Notes: generated from the letters alone by a model not told the origin. Counted from the first letter of the stretch, positions 1 through 14,139 are shown. The stretch is DNA of 64,000 nt from Octopus vulgaris (GCA_951406725.2 OX597814.1:195486001-195550000); one strand, 5' to 3'. Program-made: numbers and translations.

Positions 1-140
1 TCGACTTTGCCTTTCATCCTTTCTGGGTCGATTAAATAAGTACCAGTTGCGCACTGGGGTCGATATAATCGACTTAATCCGTTTGCCTGTTCTTGTTTGT
101 CCTCTCTGTGTTTAGTCCCTTGTGAGTAGTAAAGAAATAG
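1..140 (+). mobile_element. SINE family A (tRNA-derived, Meta-domain-like core), 3' part
   Basis: TTGCCTTTCATCCTTTC..GGGTCGAT..AATAAGTACCAG core followed by the tail GTTTGTCCTCTCTGTGTTTAG..GTAGTAAAGAAATAG; the same sequence recurs more than 15 times in the window. Confidence 0.85.
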
Positions 141-281
141 GTACTAATTTTATCAACTTCGAAATGATGAAAGGTAAAGTCGGTCTCGGCAAATTTCGAA
201 CTCAGAAGAATTTAAAGCGAGACAAAATGTCGCTAAGTATTTTACTCGGCGTGTAAACGATTCTGCCAGCTCGCCGCCTTA
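141..281 (-). mobile_element. SINE family A, 5' part, diverged
   Basis: Reverse complement of head AAGGCGGCGAGCTGGCAGAA..GAGTTCGAAATTTGCC plus core. Confidence 0.8.
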
Positions 282-579
282 ACAACAACTAGAAGATTCC
301 ATTCTTCCATCCACACAATTTTGGGTGAGGGGCAAATTCAATTACATCGGTTCCAATGCTTTACTAGTAATTATCTAACAATTCTCTCTGCTCAACGCCT
401 TCAACAGCGCATATATTCTCAATAAAATATATTACTTCTATATACTATATATATTAAGGACAGTCAAATGAACGGATGTATGAGATGGTTGGACAAATAA
501 CTTGTGGTATGTGTGACAGTTCTTTAAGTTCTGGCTTCACATTCCGTCCAGGGTAACATTGAATTTTATATTTCCACAG

Positions 580-696
580 GGGTCGGCAAAATTGGATGCG
601 TTGTGTATCACATAGAGTACCACTGAGAGAACCTCTCTTATCCAAGACAGTCACTTCCTCTCTATCGCAGTGGCAAAACTGGATTTACCAGATGAG
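580..696 (+). CDS. Candidate internal exon of an unidentified gene
   Basis: Acceptor ttttatatttccacag|G, donor GAG|gttagc, 117 bp, one open frame (GRQNWMRCVSHRVPLREPLLSK...); no recognised homology. Confidence 0.2.
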
Positions 697-766
697 GTTA
701 GCATATATATATATATATGTAAATTTTATGTCTCAATGAGAGACATAAAATTGAATTTTTCCCTGT

Positions 767-788
767 AAGTTTGGAGTTATACTCCCTA

Positions 789-857
<69 letters not shown>

Positions 858-874
858 TAATAATAATAATAATG

Positions 875-908
<34 letters not shown>

Positions 909-946
909 TAATAATAATAATAATGATAATAATAAAAAAAATAATT
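767..946. repeat. (AAT)n microsatellite
   Basis: Direct inspection. Confidence 0.95.
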
Positions 947-959
947 ATAATATATATAC

Positions 960-996
<37 letters not shown>

Positions 997-999
997 AAT

Positions 1000-1640
1000 A
1001 ACAAGCTGATGTACCCGGTAATTCTCGGGAAAGCGGGGCTTGTCCCTTGGTTTCGTTCTCATAATTGTTTCGGTAACCAATAACAACAATACCAAGTATG
1101 TAGCCCTTAAAACGGTTTTTGCGCATTTACAGAGAATACCGAACCGTCTTACACAGGATTTTGTTCTTAGGAATTCCCAATAAGTTATGAATACCCAAAT
1201 TGTGAAGTCAGTTATGTAATAACATGAAATTAGTTACCCGATAGTAAGAATTCAAATAAAGTAGCCGCGAAAAGGGTTTTAATGCGTTCCCAGAGTATAT
1301 AGAACTTAGGAGGAAATACCAATAAGGTATGTATACTAAAATGGTGAAGCATGTTACGCAATAACAGACTAATCAGATATGAGATAATAACAATTCAAGT
1401 AAATAACTGAAATGGACTTCTGTGCGTTCCCAGAGAATATTACCCTCAGGGGCTCTAGTGATGGTATATTCGTGAATAAGTCACTAACCGAAATAAGTGG
1501 ATCTATTGTTTAGAAAAATATTATTTACTTGTTCAAGGGTTGTACAGGATAAATTGCGAAAATAACTCTAACAGTTCAAATACTAAGAAATAAGCATACT
1601 CAATTTGATTTACACGAATTTTTAGTTCCAGGCTGGTAAT
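1000..1640 (-). mobile_element. Probable non-autonomous Helitron-like element
   Basis: Minus strand ends in hairpin CCCGAG-AATTA-CCGGG then CAGCTTGT (CTRR-T-like); similar end at 26170; 5' boundary uncertain. Confidence 0.4.
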
Positions 1641-1644
1641 TATC

Positions 1645-1950
1645 GGTCTCGGTTGCTGAGCCGCTAGGTTACGGGGACACCGGCACTGGTTGTCAAGCAG
1701 TGGTTAGTGACAACCACAGACTCGAAGACACCACATACACACTTACACACACACACGCACACTTACACACAAACATAGACACACACATGTACGCCGGGTT
1801 TCTTTCAGTTTCCGTCTACCAAATCCATTGACAAGGTTTTGGTCGGCCCTAAGCTATAGTTACTGTAGCTTTGGGCTATAGTAACTAGTATAGTAGAAGA
1901 CACATGCCCAAGGTGCCACGTCGTGGGATTTACCACACAGCCATACCTGG
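1645..1950 (-). mobile_element. SINE family B (tRNA-derived, internal CA/TA tract), partial
   Basis: Matches the family B consensus (GCCGCTAGGTTACGGGGAC..GGTTGTCAAGC..TTTCAGTTTCCGTCTACCAAATCC..CCCAAGGTGCCACG). Confidence 0.8.
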
Positions 1951-2016
1951 GTGCTTGTGTATGTGTATCAGCTTAGTTTTCCAAACGCGTGAAATAGAAC
2001 TCAAGAGATACAGAAA

Positions 2017-2399
2017 TCTCTCTCTATATAAACGGCAGTTTGTCTGTGCGTGTTTCTGTGTGTCTGTTTGCTTGTACCCTCACCCTGACCACGGCTTTCA
2101 ACCAATTCTGATGAAACTTGACACACACATAGCCCAATGTCATAATTCAAAACTAACGCAGCGAAAATTTTGAAAAGTTCCCCCAGTTCTGAAAAAAATC
2201 GATAAATTCGACATGGGGTGGAGAATCAGAAACACAAACCGCAAACTGTCTAGGGGACGCAACTCCACCTTTTTTTACTCTCAAAAACAATTTCCCATCA
2301 TTTTTTTCCATTTTTTGCTATTTTTTGGCTATAACTCTCTAAAAATGCTTTATAGTTATTTCCCTTACAAACCTGAGCAACGCCGGGTGATACTGCTAG
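2017..2399 (+). mobile_element. Non-autonomous Helitron
   Basis: Sits between A and T, starts TC, has an internal (TCTG)-like tract, a subterminal hairpin CCTGAGCAACGCCGGGTG and a CTAG end. Confidence 0.75.
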
Positions 2400-2574
2400 T
2401 TCTTTCTATTTTTCTAAGTATGACTCAGGGTTTTAAGATTTCATATTGAAGTACGATCAGAGAGACGAGTTGCTACTGACAACGCAATATGCAAATTAGT
2501 TTACAATCACACTCACATGATGAGGTAAAGGAAAATTATGCATAAACGTACACGAAATAATTCGTTTTTGGATT

Positions 2575-2842
2575 TGGTTTGCAAGATTCTTTATGTGAGT
2601 TCGTGTGTTGAAGCATATTCTGTTGTGTCTGGGGAGAGTCATTTTCTTTTCTTGCCTTATAATTTAACACACTCAGCGATAAAATTTCCACTTATTTCTT
2701 ATTTTTATTTTCCTATTGTCAAGACTATTGAAAAAGTTGCAAGACGCAACGAAAATTTTAGGAAAATAAAAATAAGAAATTTTACCGGTGAGTGTGTTAA
2801 ATTATAAGGCACAAAAAATGACTCTCCCCAGACACAACAGAA
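2575..2842. repeat. Inverted duplication (arms ~2618-2714 and ~2760-2842) of a repeat related to 41729-41921 and 45180-45250
   Basis: TTCTGTTGTGTCTGGGGAGAGTCATTTT..GCCTTATAATTTAACACACTCA and its reverse complement. Confidence 0.8.
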
Positions 2843-2882
2843 CGTATACGAAATGTTCTACTAGCCTACGCGATATAGTATA

Positions 2883-3265
2883 CAGTAATCTCTCGACTAT
2901 TGCGGGTGTTACGTTCCGAAACACCCTGCGATAGGTGAAAATCCACGAAGTAAAAACTGTATGTTTTTTAAAATTATTTTCATAATTTGTATATATTTAT
3001 TTTATTATAAATGCAAAGCAATACCAAACACTCGCTTCCTGAGTTTCGTTTTCCATACAGTATGTGCAATTCTTTGTTTATTCACTACGTAACTTCTTTT
3101 AATATATATATTTTAATTAATATGTTATACAGTGCAGTACTATATTGTATTTTTTATTTATTAATTTATTAATTTTTAGGCGTGAAAATGCTTATTATTA
3201 TTTTACCACAGAAATTATTAAAATTTTTAAAAATATAAATACCTATCGACCGCAAGTGATTACTG
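2883..3265. mobile_element. Tigger/pogo-like MITE
   Basis: TA-CAGTAATC ... GATTACTG-TA termini; internal GCGATAGGTGAAAATCCACGAAGTA is shared with 42223-42446. Confidence 0.75.
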
Positions 3266-3294
3266 TATATGTATATACATTAGTATATGTGTGA

Positions 3295-3353
<59 letters not shown>

Positions 3354-3879
3354 CAAAGTGGAGTTGTGGGGTACCGCACGAGTGGAATTATATACGAAAG
3401 AAGGTTTGAAAATGCAATTTAAAAGATGTTTATTTACTTTACCGGTTTCACTCTTTGGAAAAAGATTGTCAAAAGTAACATGTGGAAGTTTGGTTGCGTT
3501 AATTATTGGTTGTTGCAAATTGCTACATTACATATATATATACAGTCTTTGGTAACAGGGACATGTTAAGGACATAAAAAAGTTCAACAAGTTCCTTAAA
3601 ATATTGGGCAAAAAAGATTACATAAATAATCGTTCTCAAGGACATACTTAAGATAGTTTCCAGAAGGAATTGATATTGGTACTGTATCTGTATATTCAAA
3701 CATGCACAGAATATTGGTTGACACAGAGTACTATAATCCATATAAATATACAGTTTTGGTGACTTTCGTATATATATATATATATATATACTTATTCTAT
3801 CGTGCAGGCGCAGTGTGTAAGCATACGTACCTAAGTTAATTTACACACAGACATACCCTACTAAAAAAACATAAGAGTT

Positions 3880-3880
3880 C

Positions 3881-3969
<89 letters not shown>

Positions 3970-4176
3970 GGTAGCAATACATATACAAATGCATACATAC
4001 AAATGTATACATACAGCTAAATTTTAAAGAAATATATAAGCATAAATGTGTGTATGTGTACACGTATTATATATAAATATATATATATACACACGCACAT
4101 ATATATGTATATCTATCTATATTTAGCTCTTCTCTCACCGGTACCATCACACCCTCTCTCTCTCTCTCTCTCTCTC

Positions 4177-4217
<41 letters not shown>

Positions 4218-4580
4218 TGACATATTGAACACATATATATACAAACATACATACATAATACATACATACACGCATATATAGGGAGAAGGGAAGAGAAAGA
4301 GGGAGAGAGAGAGAGATAAATGCACATACACACACTTGCACACACATATAGGTGAATGTAGCGGGAGAGAGTAACTCATGTAAGAAAAATATATTAACAA
4401 GCGTCTAAACATGCACGAGAACACATATATAGAAATACGCATGCGCACAAATTACATAATATATGAGGCTTAAAAAAGAGCGAATAGCAGGAAAAGGACA
4501 AGAAAAACAAAGTAAACCGAAGGGAAAAAGAAGAGAAAACACTAAAATAAAGAGAAAATGTATCGTGTGTGATGTGTTGG

Positions 4581-4674
<94 letters not shown>

Positions 4675-4746
4675 CATTTGCAAAAAGACAAACGCTCTGA
4701 CAAATGTACCAAAGTATATACATACACACATACATACATACATACA

Positions 4747-4780
<34 letters not shown>

Positions 4781-4809
4781 CATAATACATACATACATAC
4801 GTACGTACA

Positions 4810-4843
<34 letters not shown>

Positions 4844-5752
4844 CATACATGCATACATACATACATACATACATAAATGCGAGCACACATACATACATAC
4901 ATACACACGAACATGTATGCATACATATATACATGTATGCATGCATACATACATATATATTATAGAGAGGGATAGATATTGGTATGTATATTTGTATGTA
5001 TATATGTATATATATATATATGTATGAATGTATGTATGTACGTATATATGTAGATTAGTATATACTTATACATACAGCCACACACCTACTCAGTGCAGTA
5101 GTATGTGTACTTTTAGACATTGATATACATGTATATATATATGTATGTTTGTATGCATATATATATATATATATATATATACAAACATACATGAATTTAT
5201 GTATATATGTATGTATATGCTACACATCTATTAATATATCAGAGTGGATACTCCAGAATAGTTTTACTTTCACCTCTTCAGAAAAAGAAAAAAAAAAGGA
5301 TACTGCATCAGTATACTGTTCTATTTGCGTACATTCAACTGTTATGCTATACATGCAAACATATAAGAATGTAGATGCGAGTGTATAAGCACAAATTCTG
5401 TATATCTTATTCATCCAGCGTATTTGTATCTGCAGAAAAAAAACACATGCTTATATACACTTGCAAGAAAAGAAAAAGGGCTGATGTAATGAATAATAAC
5501 AATAACGAAAATGTAAAAATAAGAATAAAAATATATAAAGAAAAGGCTTATATATATACATATATGAATAAATATATGTGCGTACATATATATATATATA
5601 TATATACACATATAAATACATATATACACACACGTATATATATATAAGCGTCTGTAAATATATGTATATATAGACATGTATGTAAATATATGTATATATA
5701 CGTATATATATGTATATATATATATACATACATATATATGCATATATATATG

Positions 5753-5786
<34 letters not shown>

Positions 5787-6015
5787 CATACATATATAAG
5801 TATGTATGTATATGTATATATATATGTATGTTTATACATATATATATGTGTGTGTGTGTGTGTCTATATATACGTATATATATATATACGTATATATAGA
5901 CACACACACACACACATATATATATATACACATATATATATGCATATATATATATCTATATATCTATATATATCTATATATCTATATATATCTATATCTA
6001 TATATATATATATAT
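3880..6015. repeat. Compound microsatellite region (TCTA)n, (TA)n, (TACA)n, (CT)n
   Basis: Direct inspection; source of the YIYI/HTYI ORFs. Confidence 0.9.
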
Positions 6016-6230
6016 TTCATGTCCAAATTCTTTGCTCACAACACATTCCAAATTTCATTTTATTTTTATTTCTTACCTCCCCATCAGTTTTGTTTTTCCT
6101 TATCGTTTTTCCTCATTCTCTCTCATTTTCCTTTTATTTTTGCTACCGTTCCTTCAGTTTTAAGCCTCACATGTCCTGCCAATACTGGTACATGTATGCA
6201 TATTTGCAAGTAAGATTTTGCTTGTGTGGC

Positions 6231-6266
<36 letters not shown>

Positions 6267-6597
6267 CACGAGTACTTATAAGAGTTTGTCTACATCCATA
6301 TGTACCTGTATTTCTGTGCTCAAATATTGCTCCACATGCAAATAAATGGAACTGTGCATATATATATATATATACACCTGTGTAATTAAGCATGCTTTTA
6401 CCTAACATATACCTGTATGTGATATGTTACTTTGTGTGTTGATTTTATGTGTATGTATTAGCGGATAATTATGAGCGCGACTGTACATAACAACACCATC
6501 TATCGAGTGTTCTTGGACACATTTTTTTATCAACTGTCCAGCTTCTCGCGAGATGGTTTTAGACTGTTGAATAACATCTGGTACACACACACATACA

Positions 6598-6690
<93 letters not shown>

Positions 6691-6739
6691 GTATGTATGT
6701 ATATATATATGAATATATATATGAATATATATATATATA

Positions 6740-7595
6740 TTTTTTTGTTTCAGCTCAGAGCTGCGGCCATGCTGATGCACCGCCGCTTTGTGCTACACTG
6801 TTATTACTAAGAGCCTCCTCTAATATGTGGCACTTGGTGAAGAATGGAGTTTGATATAGCTACCCTCATTTTCACCTCTTGCCGTGAGGTAGGTTCATCT
6901 GGGACTCTCGACAGGATGAGGTCCAGCTTTGATTTAAAAACCCCTACATCTACTTTGTGCAAGTTCCTCAGACTCTTTGGGAGAATATTAAAAAGCTGTG
7001 GGCCCTTGAAACCCAGGCTGTTGCAGTAGCTGGTCCTGAAGCGTAATGGCATTGTTGGGATCTTTGTCACTATGCAGTGTCGTCCCGTTCTGACATTGGT
7101 GTAGCTTACAATTTGGCACAATTCCTTCCAGGATTTTCCAGATATATATTACTGCATACCTCTCCCGTCTTCTCTCCAGGGAGTAGAGTCTTAGCTGTTT
7201 CAACCTTTCCCAGTAGCTGAGCTGTTGCAGAGAGACGATCTTCTTTGTGAATCTTCTCTGGATTGCTTCAAGGTCCGCTGTTCATTTCACACTGGTGGGT
7301 GACCATAGCTGTGAGCAGTAATCCAGGCGACTGTCTGCCAGAGGACCATCATGGTTTCCTTATCTCTGGTTCTGAATGTTCTTAGGATCCATCCAGCCAG
7401 TCGTCTGCACTTTATCGCCATCCTGGTAATGTGCACTTGGAAAGAGGTATCATCACTCATGTCGATACCCAGGTCTCTCACAGACTTAGGCTCTGGGATT
7501 GAAATTCCCTGTGGACCGGCGTACCCTGTAAGTTTCATATTCAGTTTTGGATGCTGGTAGCGCAGGGCCTGGAATTTTTCAGCATTAAACTGCGT
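6740..7595 (-). mobile_element. CR1/L2-group LINE 3' fragment (ORF2 C-terminus + 3' UTR), frameshifted
   Basis: FNAEKFQ..VRDLGIDMSDD..GWILRTFRTRD; LKQLRLYSLERRRERYAVIYIWKILEG; GPQLFNILPKSLRNL..FKSKLD..VPDEP; tail GGCGGTGCATCAGCATGGCCGCAGCTCTGAGCTGAAAC. Confidence 0.85.
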
Positions 7596-7744
7596 ATTAT
7601 TATAATATAAATAATATATATATACATACGTATATGTACATACTAACATCTATACATATATATATATTTGCATACGTGGGTACAGGACGTCATGAAACGT
7701 GTACAACAAAAAAGTACGAAGCATGAGTTCATGGGATGCATCTA

Positions 7745-7781
<37 letters not shown>

Positions 7782-7890
7782 TAATTCTTGTACATATATA
7801 TATATATATTATATATATATGTATATATATGTATATATATAAATAAATATAAAATACATCAAATATTACACCACCACGCAGCCGTGTCCA

Positions 7891-7940
<50 letters not shown>

Positions 7941-8242
7941 TTAGAGACAAAACCACTATTTTGCAAATCAAACAAAGAAAGACTTAATCCAGCCCTCTCT
8001 CTCCTCTTACATGTATATATGTATGTGAATATATACATTTACATGCATATATCTGAATATATGTATATATGTATGTATACACCCCCTCACCCCCCCACAC
8101 ACATACACACACATGCATATATATTTTTTCTTAGATATCGTTTTTACCCAAGTTTAACGCTTCCTCTGTGTTGTGCATATTGTGATTGATTTTTACAGAA
8201 ATATTATATAAATATTAATAAATATTATATATAAATATTATA

Positions 8243-8661
8243 TAGGCGTAGGAGTGGCTGTGTGGTAAGTAGCTTGCTTACCAATCACAAGGTTTTGGCT
8301 TCAGTCCCACTGCGTGGAATCTTGTGCAAGTGTCTTCTACTATAGCTTCGGGGCGGCCAAAGCCTTGTGAGTGGATTTAGTAGACGGAAACTGAAAGAAG
8401 CCCATCGTATATATGTTTCTTTACTGCCCACAAGGGGCTAAACATAGAGGGGACAAACAAAGACAGACAGAAGGATTAAGTCGATTAAATCGACACCAGT
8501 GCGTAACTGGTACTTAATTTATCGACCCCGAAAGGATGAAAGGCAAAGTCGACCTCGGCGGAATTTGAACTCAGAACGTAACGGCAGGCGAAATACCGCA
8601 AAATATTTTACCCGGCGTGCTAACGTTTCTGCCAGCTCGCCGCCAGCCCATCGTATATATA

Positions 8662-8706
<45 letters not shown>

Positions 8707-8915
8707 GTGTGTGTCTGTGTGTCTCTGTTTGTCCCCACAACATCACTTGACAACCGATGCCTGTGTGTTTACACCCCCATAACCTAGCGGTTCGGCAAAA
8801 GAGATCGATAGAATAAGTACTAGGCTTACAAAGAATAAGTTCTGGGGTCGATGCTCTCGATTAAAGGCAGTGCTCCAGCATGGCCACACTCAAATGACTG
8901 AAACAAGTAAAATAT
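8243..8915 (+). mobile_element. SINE family B interrupted by a minus-strand family A SINE (8415-8645)
   Basis: Head GGCGTAGGAGTGGCTGTGTGGTAAG, tail GTGCTCCAGCATGGCC..TGACTGAAACAAGTAAAA; GCCCATCGTATATAT is duplicated around the nested SINE. Confidence 0.9.
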
Positions 8916-9089
8916 AGGAGTAAATCAAGCTATTTTTACTCAGCAGAGTGTAAGTTAGAAATGCAAAATGAAATTCATTAATATGAGCCTTAGTGTGAGT
9001 TTAAGAAGTATCTAAATACATTCTATGTAGACAGTTGATGTGCAGAAAAAAAAAGACAACGGAGTCTTCTCATAGGCTGTTTCATGTGT

Positions 9090-9350
9090 GCTTGACCTGT
9101 TAAGGACGATGCATAAACTGTTATCAGTCGAAAAGTACACCCATTACTGCCATCGACAGCCAAGACGACCAACCCACCCTCCGGGTCTGGGAAAATTGCT
9201 CTTACTTTGAGGTCCACACTCTTCTGAAGAAGCACCGCGATGCCACCTCCGCCCATTCTCGGCAGACACGGAAAAAAATAAATGTCAAAATCTCCGCCGA
9301 ACGTGTGCTGTAGGGCCCACGGGCTATGGAGTGTTGTCTCCTCGCTGATG
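9090..9350 (-). mobile_element. Tx1/L1-clade LINE ORF2 AP-endonuclease fragment
   Basis: GGGGIAVLLQKSVDLKV..DPEGGLVVLAV..FRLITVYAS resembles the L1/Tx1 APE motifs (GVAIL..D.EGR..VYAP). Confidence 0.7.
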
Positions 9351-9615
9351 GTTATATTTCTGAACCATAGAAGAATCACAAAATTAATACAGGCATGATA
9401 GCAAAACATTTTAGTGGACAAGAATAGCGTCTTGCATCCGACAAGGATGCAAGAGGAATGCTGGTTAATTTGATTTGATATCACGACTTCGAATTTAGCG
9501 CCAAAGGTGCCTGAATCTCCTCAGTCAAATCTGCCAGGGACGGCTACTAGAATTTGCCCCCACCATACCTGTAAATTCCTTTGCGTGTGTGTGTGTGTGT
9601 GTGCCCACATATGTG

Positions 9616-9682
<67 letters not shown>

Positions 9683-10339
9683 GTATATATATATATATAT
9701 GTACATATACATACGTATGCAATTTATATATGTATAGATGTGTATATGTGTGTGCTTGCGTGTACATGTGTGTATGTTTGTATACATGTGTGTCCGTGCT
9801 CTCGTATTTAGTGTCCGATAATGTTGTTTTTACATACACAGTTGAAACTTGTAGAGTAATTGTCGAAATGAAACTTTCTTTTAAAAATCATGCACACGTC
9901 GTTATGTCCTGCTCTTGACACGAATACCTAATGAATGTTCGGCTCTGTCTAGTCTAGTTTGACCGTTCGGTCAATCGTCAAAATGATAGTAAATGTCATA
10001 CGTGTGGCTATCATTGATGAATAACTTCATCTGTCACGTTCTGTCCTTTGTCTTATGGAGCATAAAATTATGATTTCTCTCCTGAATTCATATGATTTTT
10101 CACAACCCATTTCCACTGGCTGCCTGTAATTCTTTCCATTGAATTTTAGCGATATATATCTTTTCATTTGTTATTAATTACAAATATTTATGCAATACAG
10201 CGTGAAGGCACATTTTAGCCATTCAAAATACCACAGAGAAACTATAAACGTCAACCATTTATTACCTAGTGTCAAAACTTGTGTTAGTGACAGTGTGACG
10301 AACATTTTGCTGCTAAATAGTTCGTTCTACTGTACTCAC

Positions 10340-11165
10340 AACAACTGAAATGTTTGGCGAGTGGTGGCTATTCGAGAACATCGGTTTCAGTGATCAACTG
10401 GTACTAATTTTATCGACCTCGTAAAGATGAATAAGCAAAGTCGACTTCGGTGGAATTTGAACTCAGAACGTAAAGCCTGAAGAAATACTGCTAAGCATTT
10501 AACCAGTGTGTTACTAAATCTACCAGTTCGCTGAATTTGTATTTTATTAATTACAATCTATTTACGAAATTACAGCGTGGAGGACAGGTTTTAGCCATTC
10601 AAAAATACACAGTAATTGTTAACTTTATTTAATTATAATTCAGCATCATATAAGGCGGCGAGCTGGTAGAAACGTAAGCACGCCGGGCGAAATGCGTAGC
10701 CGTATTTCGTCTGTCGTTACGTTCCGAGTTCAAATTCCGCCTTGATCTACTTTGCCTTTTATCCTTTCGAGGTCGATAAATTAAGTACCAGTTACGCACT
10801 GGAGTCGATGTAATCGACTTAATCCGTTTGTCTGTCCTTGTTCGTCTCCTCTGTGTTTAGCCCCTTGTGGGTAGTAAAGAAATATATAATTCAGCACCAA
10901 AACTTGCACCATTGATCAGATCGCAGAGAGTGCGTCGAAAATTTTGAGATCAAATCCTTTCTACCGTAGGCACAAAGCCTGAAATTTGGTGGGATGGGGT
11001 AGTCGATTACATCGACTCCAGTATTTGACTGGTACTTAGTTTTACGATCATAAAAAGACGAAATACAAAAATCGACTTCGGTGGTATTTGAACTCAGAGC
11101 ATAAAGAAAAATAAAATGCTGCTAAGCAGTTTGAGCGGTGCGGTAACGATTGCGCCAGCTCGCTA
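10340..11165. mobile_element. Cluster of three family A SINEs (10340-10535 -, 10651-10883 +, 10955-11165 -)
   Basis: Family A head/core matches; ATAATTCAGCA is duplicated around the plus-strand copy. Confidence 0.85.
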
Positions 11166-11319
11166 CATTTTTCACACCACATAATAAACAATTACGTCAA
11201 GTATGTGGCTTAAGCGAGTCTTTCACGTTGTAATTGCTTTTGTTTCAACATACAGTCTTGGAGAAAATCATTGGCCGGATAAGTACGACTCGAAAATATC
11301 TGTTATCTGTTGTCTGATA

Positions 11320-11505
11320 CTTGTTTCAGTCATCTGACTGCGGCCATTCTGAAGCACCGACTTGATGGCTTTTAAGTGAACAAAGACTTATTGCTTTTTA
11401 AGTTTGGTACTTATTCTATCGATCTCTTTTGCAAAACCGTTAAGTCAAGGCGACGTAAACGCACAAACATCGGTTGTCAAGCGCTGGTGGGGGACAAACA
11501 CTGAC

Positions 11506-11557
<52 letters not shown>

Positions 11558-11785
11558 TACCCACACACACGAGTAGAATGTGCTTCTCTCAGTTTCACTC
11601 ACAATGGCGGTGCCCCAACATGGTCACAGCTCGTGAGCTGAAACTAGATGAAATAAAAAAAAAGACCTTTGGTTGACCCGAGGCTAGAGCAGAATACACT
11701 TAACTCAGGTGTCACGCAGTGGGATTGATCCCGGAGCCATGTAGTTAGGAAGCAAACTTCTTTAGCACACAGCCATGCCTGCGCC
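11320..11785 (-). mobile_element. SINE family B containing an inserted LINE 3' tail (11606-11663, +)
   Basis: Family B match; insert GGCGGTGCCCCAACATGGTCACAGCTCGTGAGCTGAAAC..poly(A) equals the tail of the LINEs at 6740 and 33930. Confidence 0.8.
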
Positions 11786-12008
11786 TATATATGTGCTTAA
11801 GCAAAAATAAAAATGTATGCGGCAGTTTGCCGTAGGAAAGTATTCCGAGTCGTAGCTCCCACGTTTCGCTGTGCAAGCTACCTCATGACTTTGGCACTTG
11901 TACATATATGTGGGTAAGGTCCTGCGTGAAATCTATGGTGAAAGAGACTATTGTTGAATGTGGATATTATTGCTTTTGCTGTCGTTGTTTGTTATCATAG
12001 GTATATAC

Positions 12009-12094
<86 letters not shown>

Positions 12095-12356
12095 TGTGTG
12101 TATGTACCTTGCTGAAAAAGGAAAAGCCATTGAGAAAATCCAGATATTAGCTAATCTAGAGCTATCTATATTATTATTTTTCGTTAGCTTGTTGCTTCAA
12201 TTTCGGCACGTGTGTAAATTTGCGACTTTTAGGTCGTGAGACGATTTGGCGTCTGTTTTCAGCATATAGGCAAGAAAAATTCTTGCTATATCCTTAATTA
12301 TATATATATATATATATATATACATATATATATACATACATACATCCATATATATG

Positions 12357-12396
<40 letters not shown>

Positions 12397-12399
<3 letters not shown>

Positions 12400-13811
12400 T
12401 TGCGGCCAAAATGATCAGAACGGTTGAAAAAATAACAAAATAATCAAAAATGACAGAGAATACTGGAATTATTTAATATTTAGTGTGAAGCCCTTTAGCT
12501 TCAATCACACTCTGACATCTTCGACTGCATGAGGAAATTAAATTTTCAATTTCTTGCTGGGTGATCTTATTCCATTCTTCCTGAAGGGCATTCCATAATT
12601 GCTCAGTTGTTTTAGGATTTCTGGCTTTCGAACGTTCTCCTAGAATATTCCACACATTTTCAATAGGATTGAGATCTGGGCTTTGAGCTGGCCAATCCAT
12701 AACAATAACCTTTTCAGCCTTGAGAAAGTTCATGACCACCTTAGCCTTGTGACATGGGGCATTGTTCTGCATGAATATGGGTGGTCGCTTAGTTGAATTT
12801 CTCAGCACAGGCAAGACATGATCTTTTACAAGTTGTTTATAAACTCCTGCATTTAACTTTCCATGTAATCGCACCAAAGGGCCCACACCATCTCCAGATA
12901 TCATTCCCCAAACCATGACACTTCCTCCACCGAATTTAACACTAGTCTTAAGGCATTTAGGCAACAATTTTTCACCTACTTTTCTAAGAACGTACCTTTT
13001 CCCATCTGAGTCAAATAGCATAAGCTTAGATTCATCACTGAAATGCACCGTTTGCCATTTTTCTTGAGACCACATCACATGTTCGACACTTTTTATTCTT
13101 GAAGCTGATTAGTGGCTTCACTGCAGGTGCTCTTGCTTGTAGGTCATGTTCAACTTAACGACGAGACACAGTTTTTCGAGATAAAGTTTTCTTCAATACA
13201 ATACTCATTTTCCGAGTAACAGCAGCAGCAGTTTTAAATCTGTCCTTTTTAACCAACTTTACCATAGCACGATCTTCTCTCTTGGTCGTTTTTCTTGGCC
13301 TACCTGTAAACATTCATGCTTCACACGAACCACAATCATCGTAAACCTTAAGAATACCGTGAACAACACTTTTTGACTTGTTAACAATCTTTGCAATAGA
13401 TCCAATACTTAAATTATCCTTCCTTCGAAGCTTAATAATCTGCTGACAAATTGGTAACGGAGTAAGTGGCATTATATTAACAAAGTACACTGCAAATATT
13501 CTTACTAATGTTTAGTAAACGAACCGTCACGTAAACAAATTCAAAACATTAGAGTTCGCCGGTTAAATATACTAAAACACGGAGTAAAAGCAACCGTTCT
13601 GATCATTTTGGCCGCCATGGGTTTTGCAGTAAATCCCTAAATCATCCATAACTTTTGTATTATACTCTAAAATTACACCAAAATCTCAGGCAATAACAAA
13701 TAATATTGTATTTATTGTCTGTGAAAATTATAGAATATAAAACAACTTTGATAAAAAATGATATCTACTTTTCTGACGAAAACAATGCCGTTCTGAACAT
13801 TTTGGCCGCAA

Positions 13812-13814
<3 letters not shown>
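12397..13814 (-). mobile_element. Full-length Tc1-family DNA transposon inserted in (TA)n
   Basis: 27-bp TIRs CAGTTGCGGCCAAAATG(A/T)TCAGAACGG at both ends, TA flanks, internal transposase. Confidence 0.95.
12473..13472 (-). pseudogene. Tc1 (DD34E-type) transposase pseudogene
   Basis: MPLTPLP..GRPRKTT..; FSDESK, GGGSVMVWG, QNNAPCH (second catalytic D changed to N), WPAQSPDLNPIENVW; internal stops and a frameshift upstream of 13078. Confidence 0.9.
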
Positions 13815-13867
<53 letters not shown>

Positions 13868-14139
13868 TAAATTATCGTTACAACAACTTCCACAATTTAT
13901 TGTATTGTATCGCGTATGTACGTTGCGTGCAATTAATAGATCCCAAGGGGAAGTGTTCTAATGTTTCGAATAGAAGTGTATTTGTTTTATCAATGAACTC
14001 TGATGAGCTAAGCTTATTTTTCATTTTATTCTGAATTTTTCAAATTGTAAAGATAATTTATGGACAGCACACACATAAATGTATCTATATATTTATCTAT
14101 CTACATATAGACAGAGACACACACATACATCTGTAAGTG

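Noticed and set aside
2107-2120. CTGATGAAAC as a hammerhead
   Set aside because: No stem II; lies in the internal motif region of the Helitron
13995-14030. CTGATGAGCTAAGC as a hammerhead
   Set aside because: No GAAA after the putative stem II
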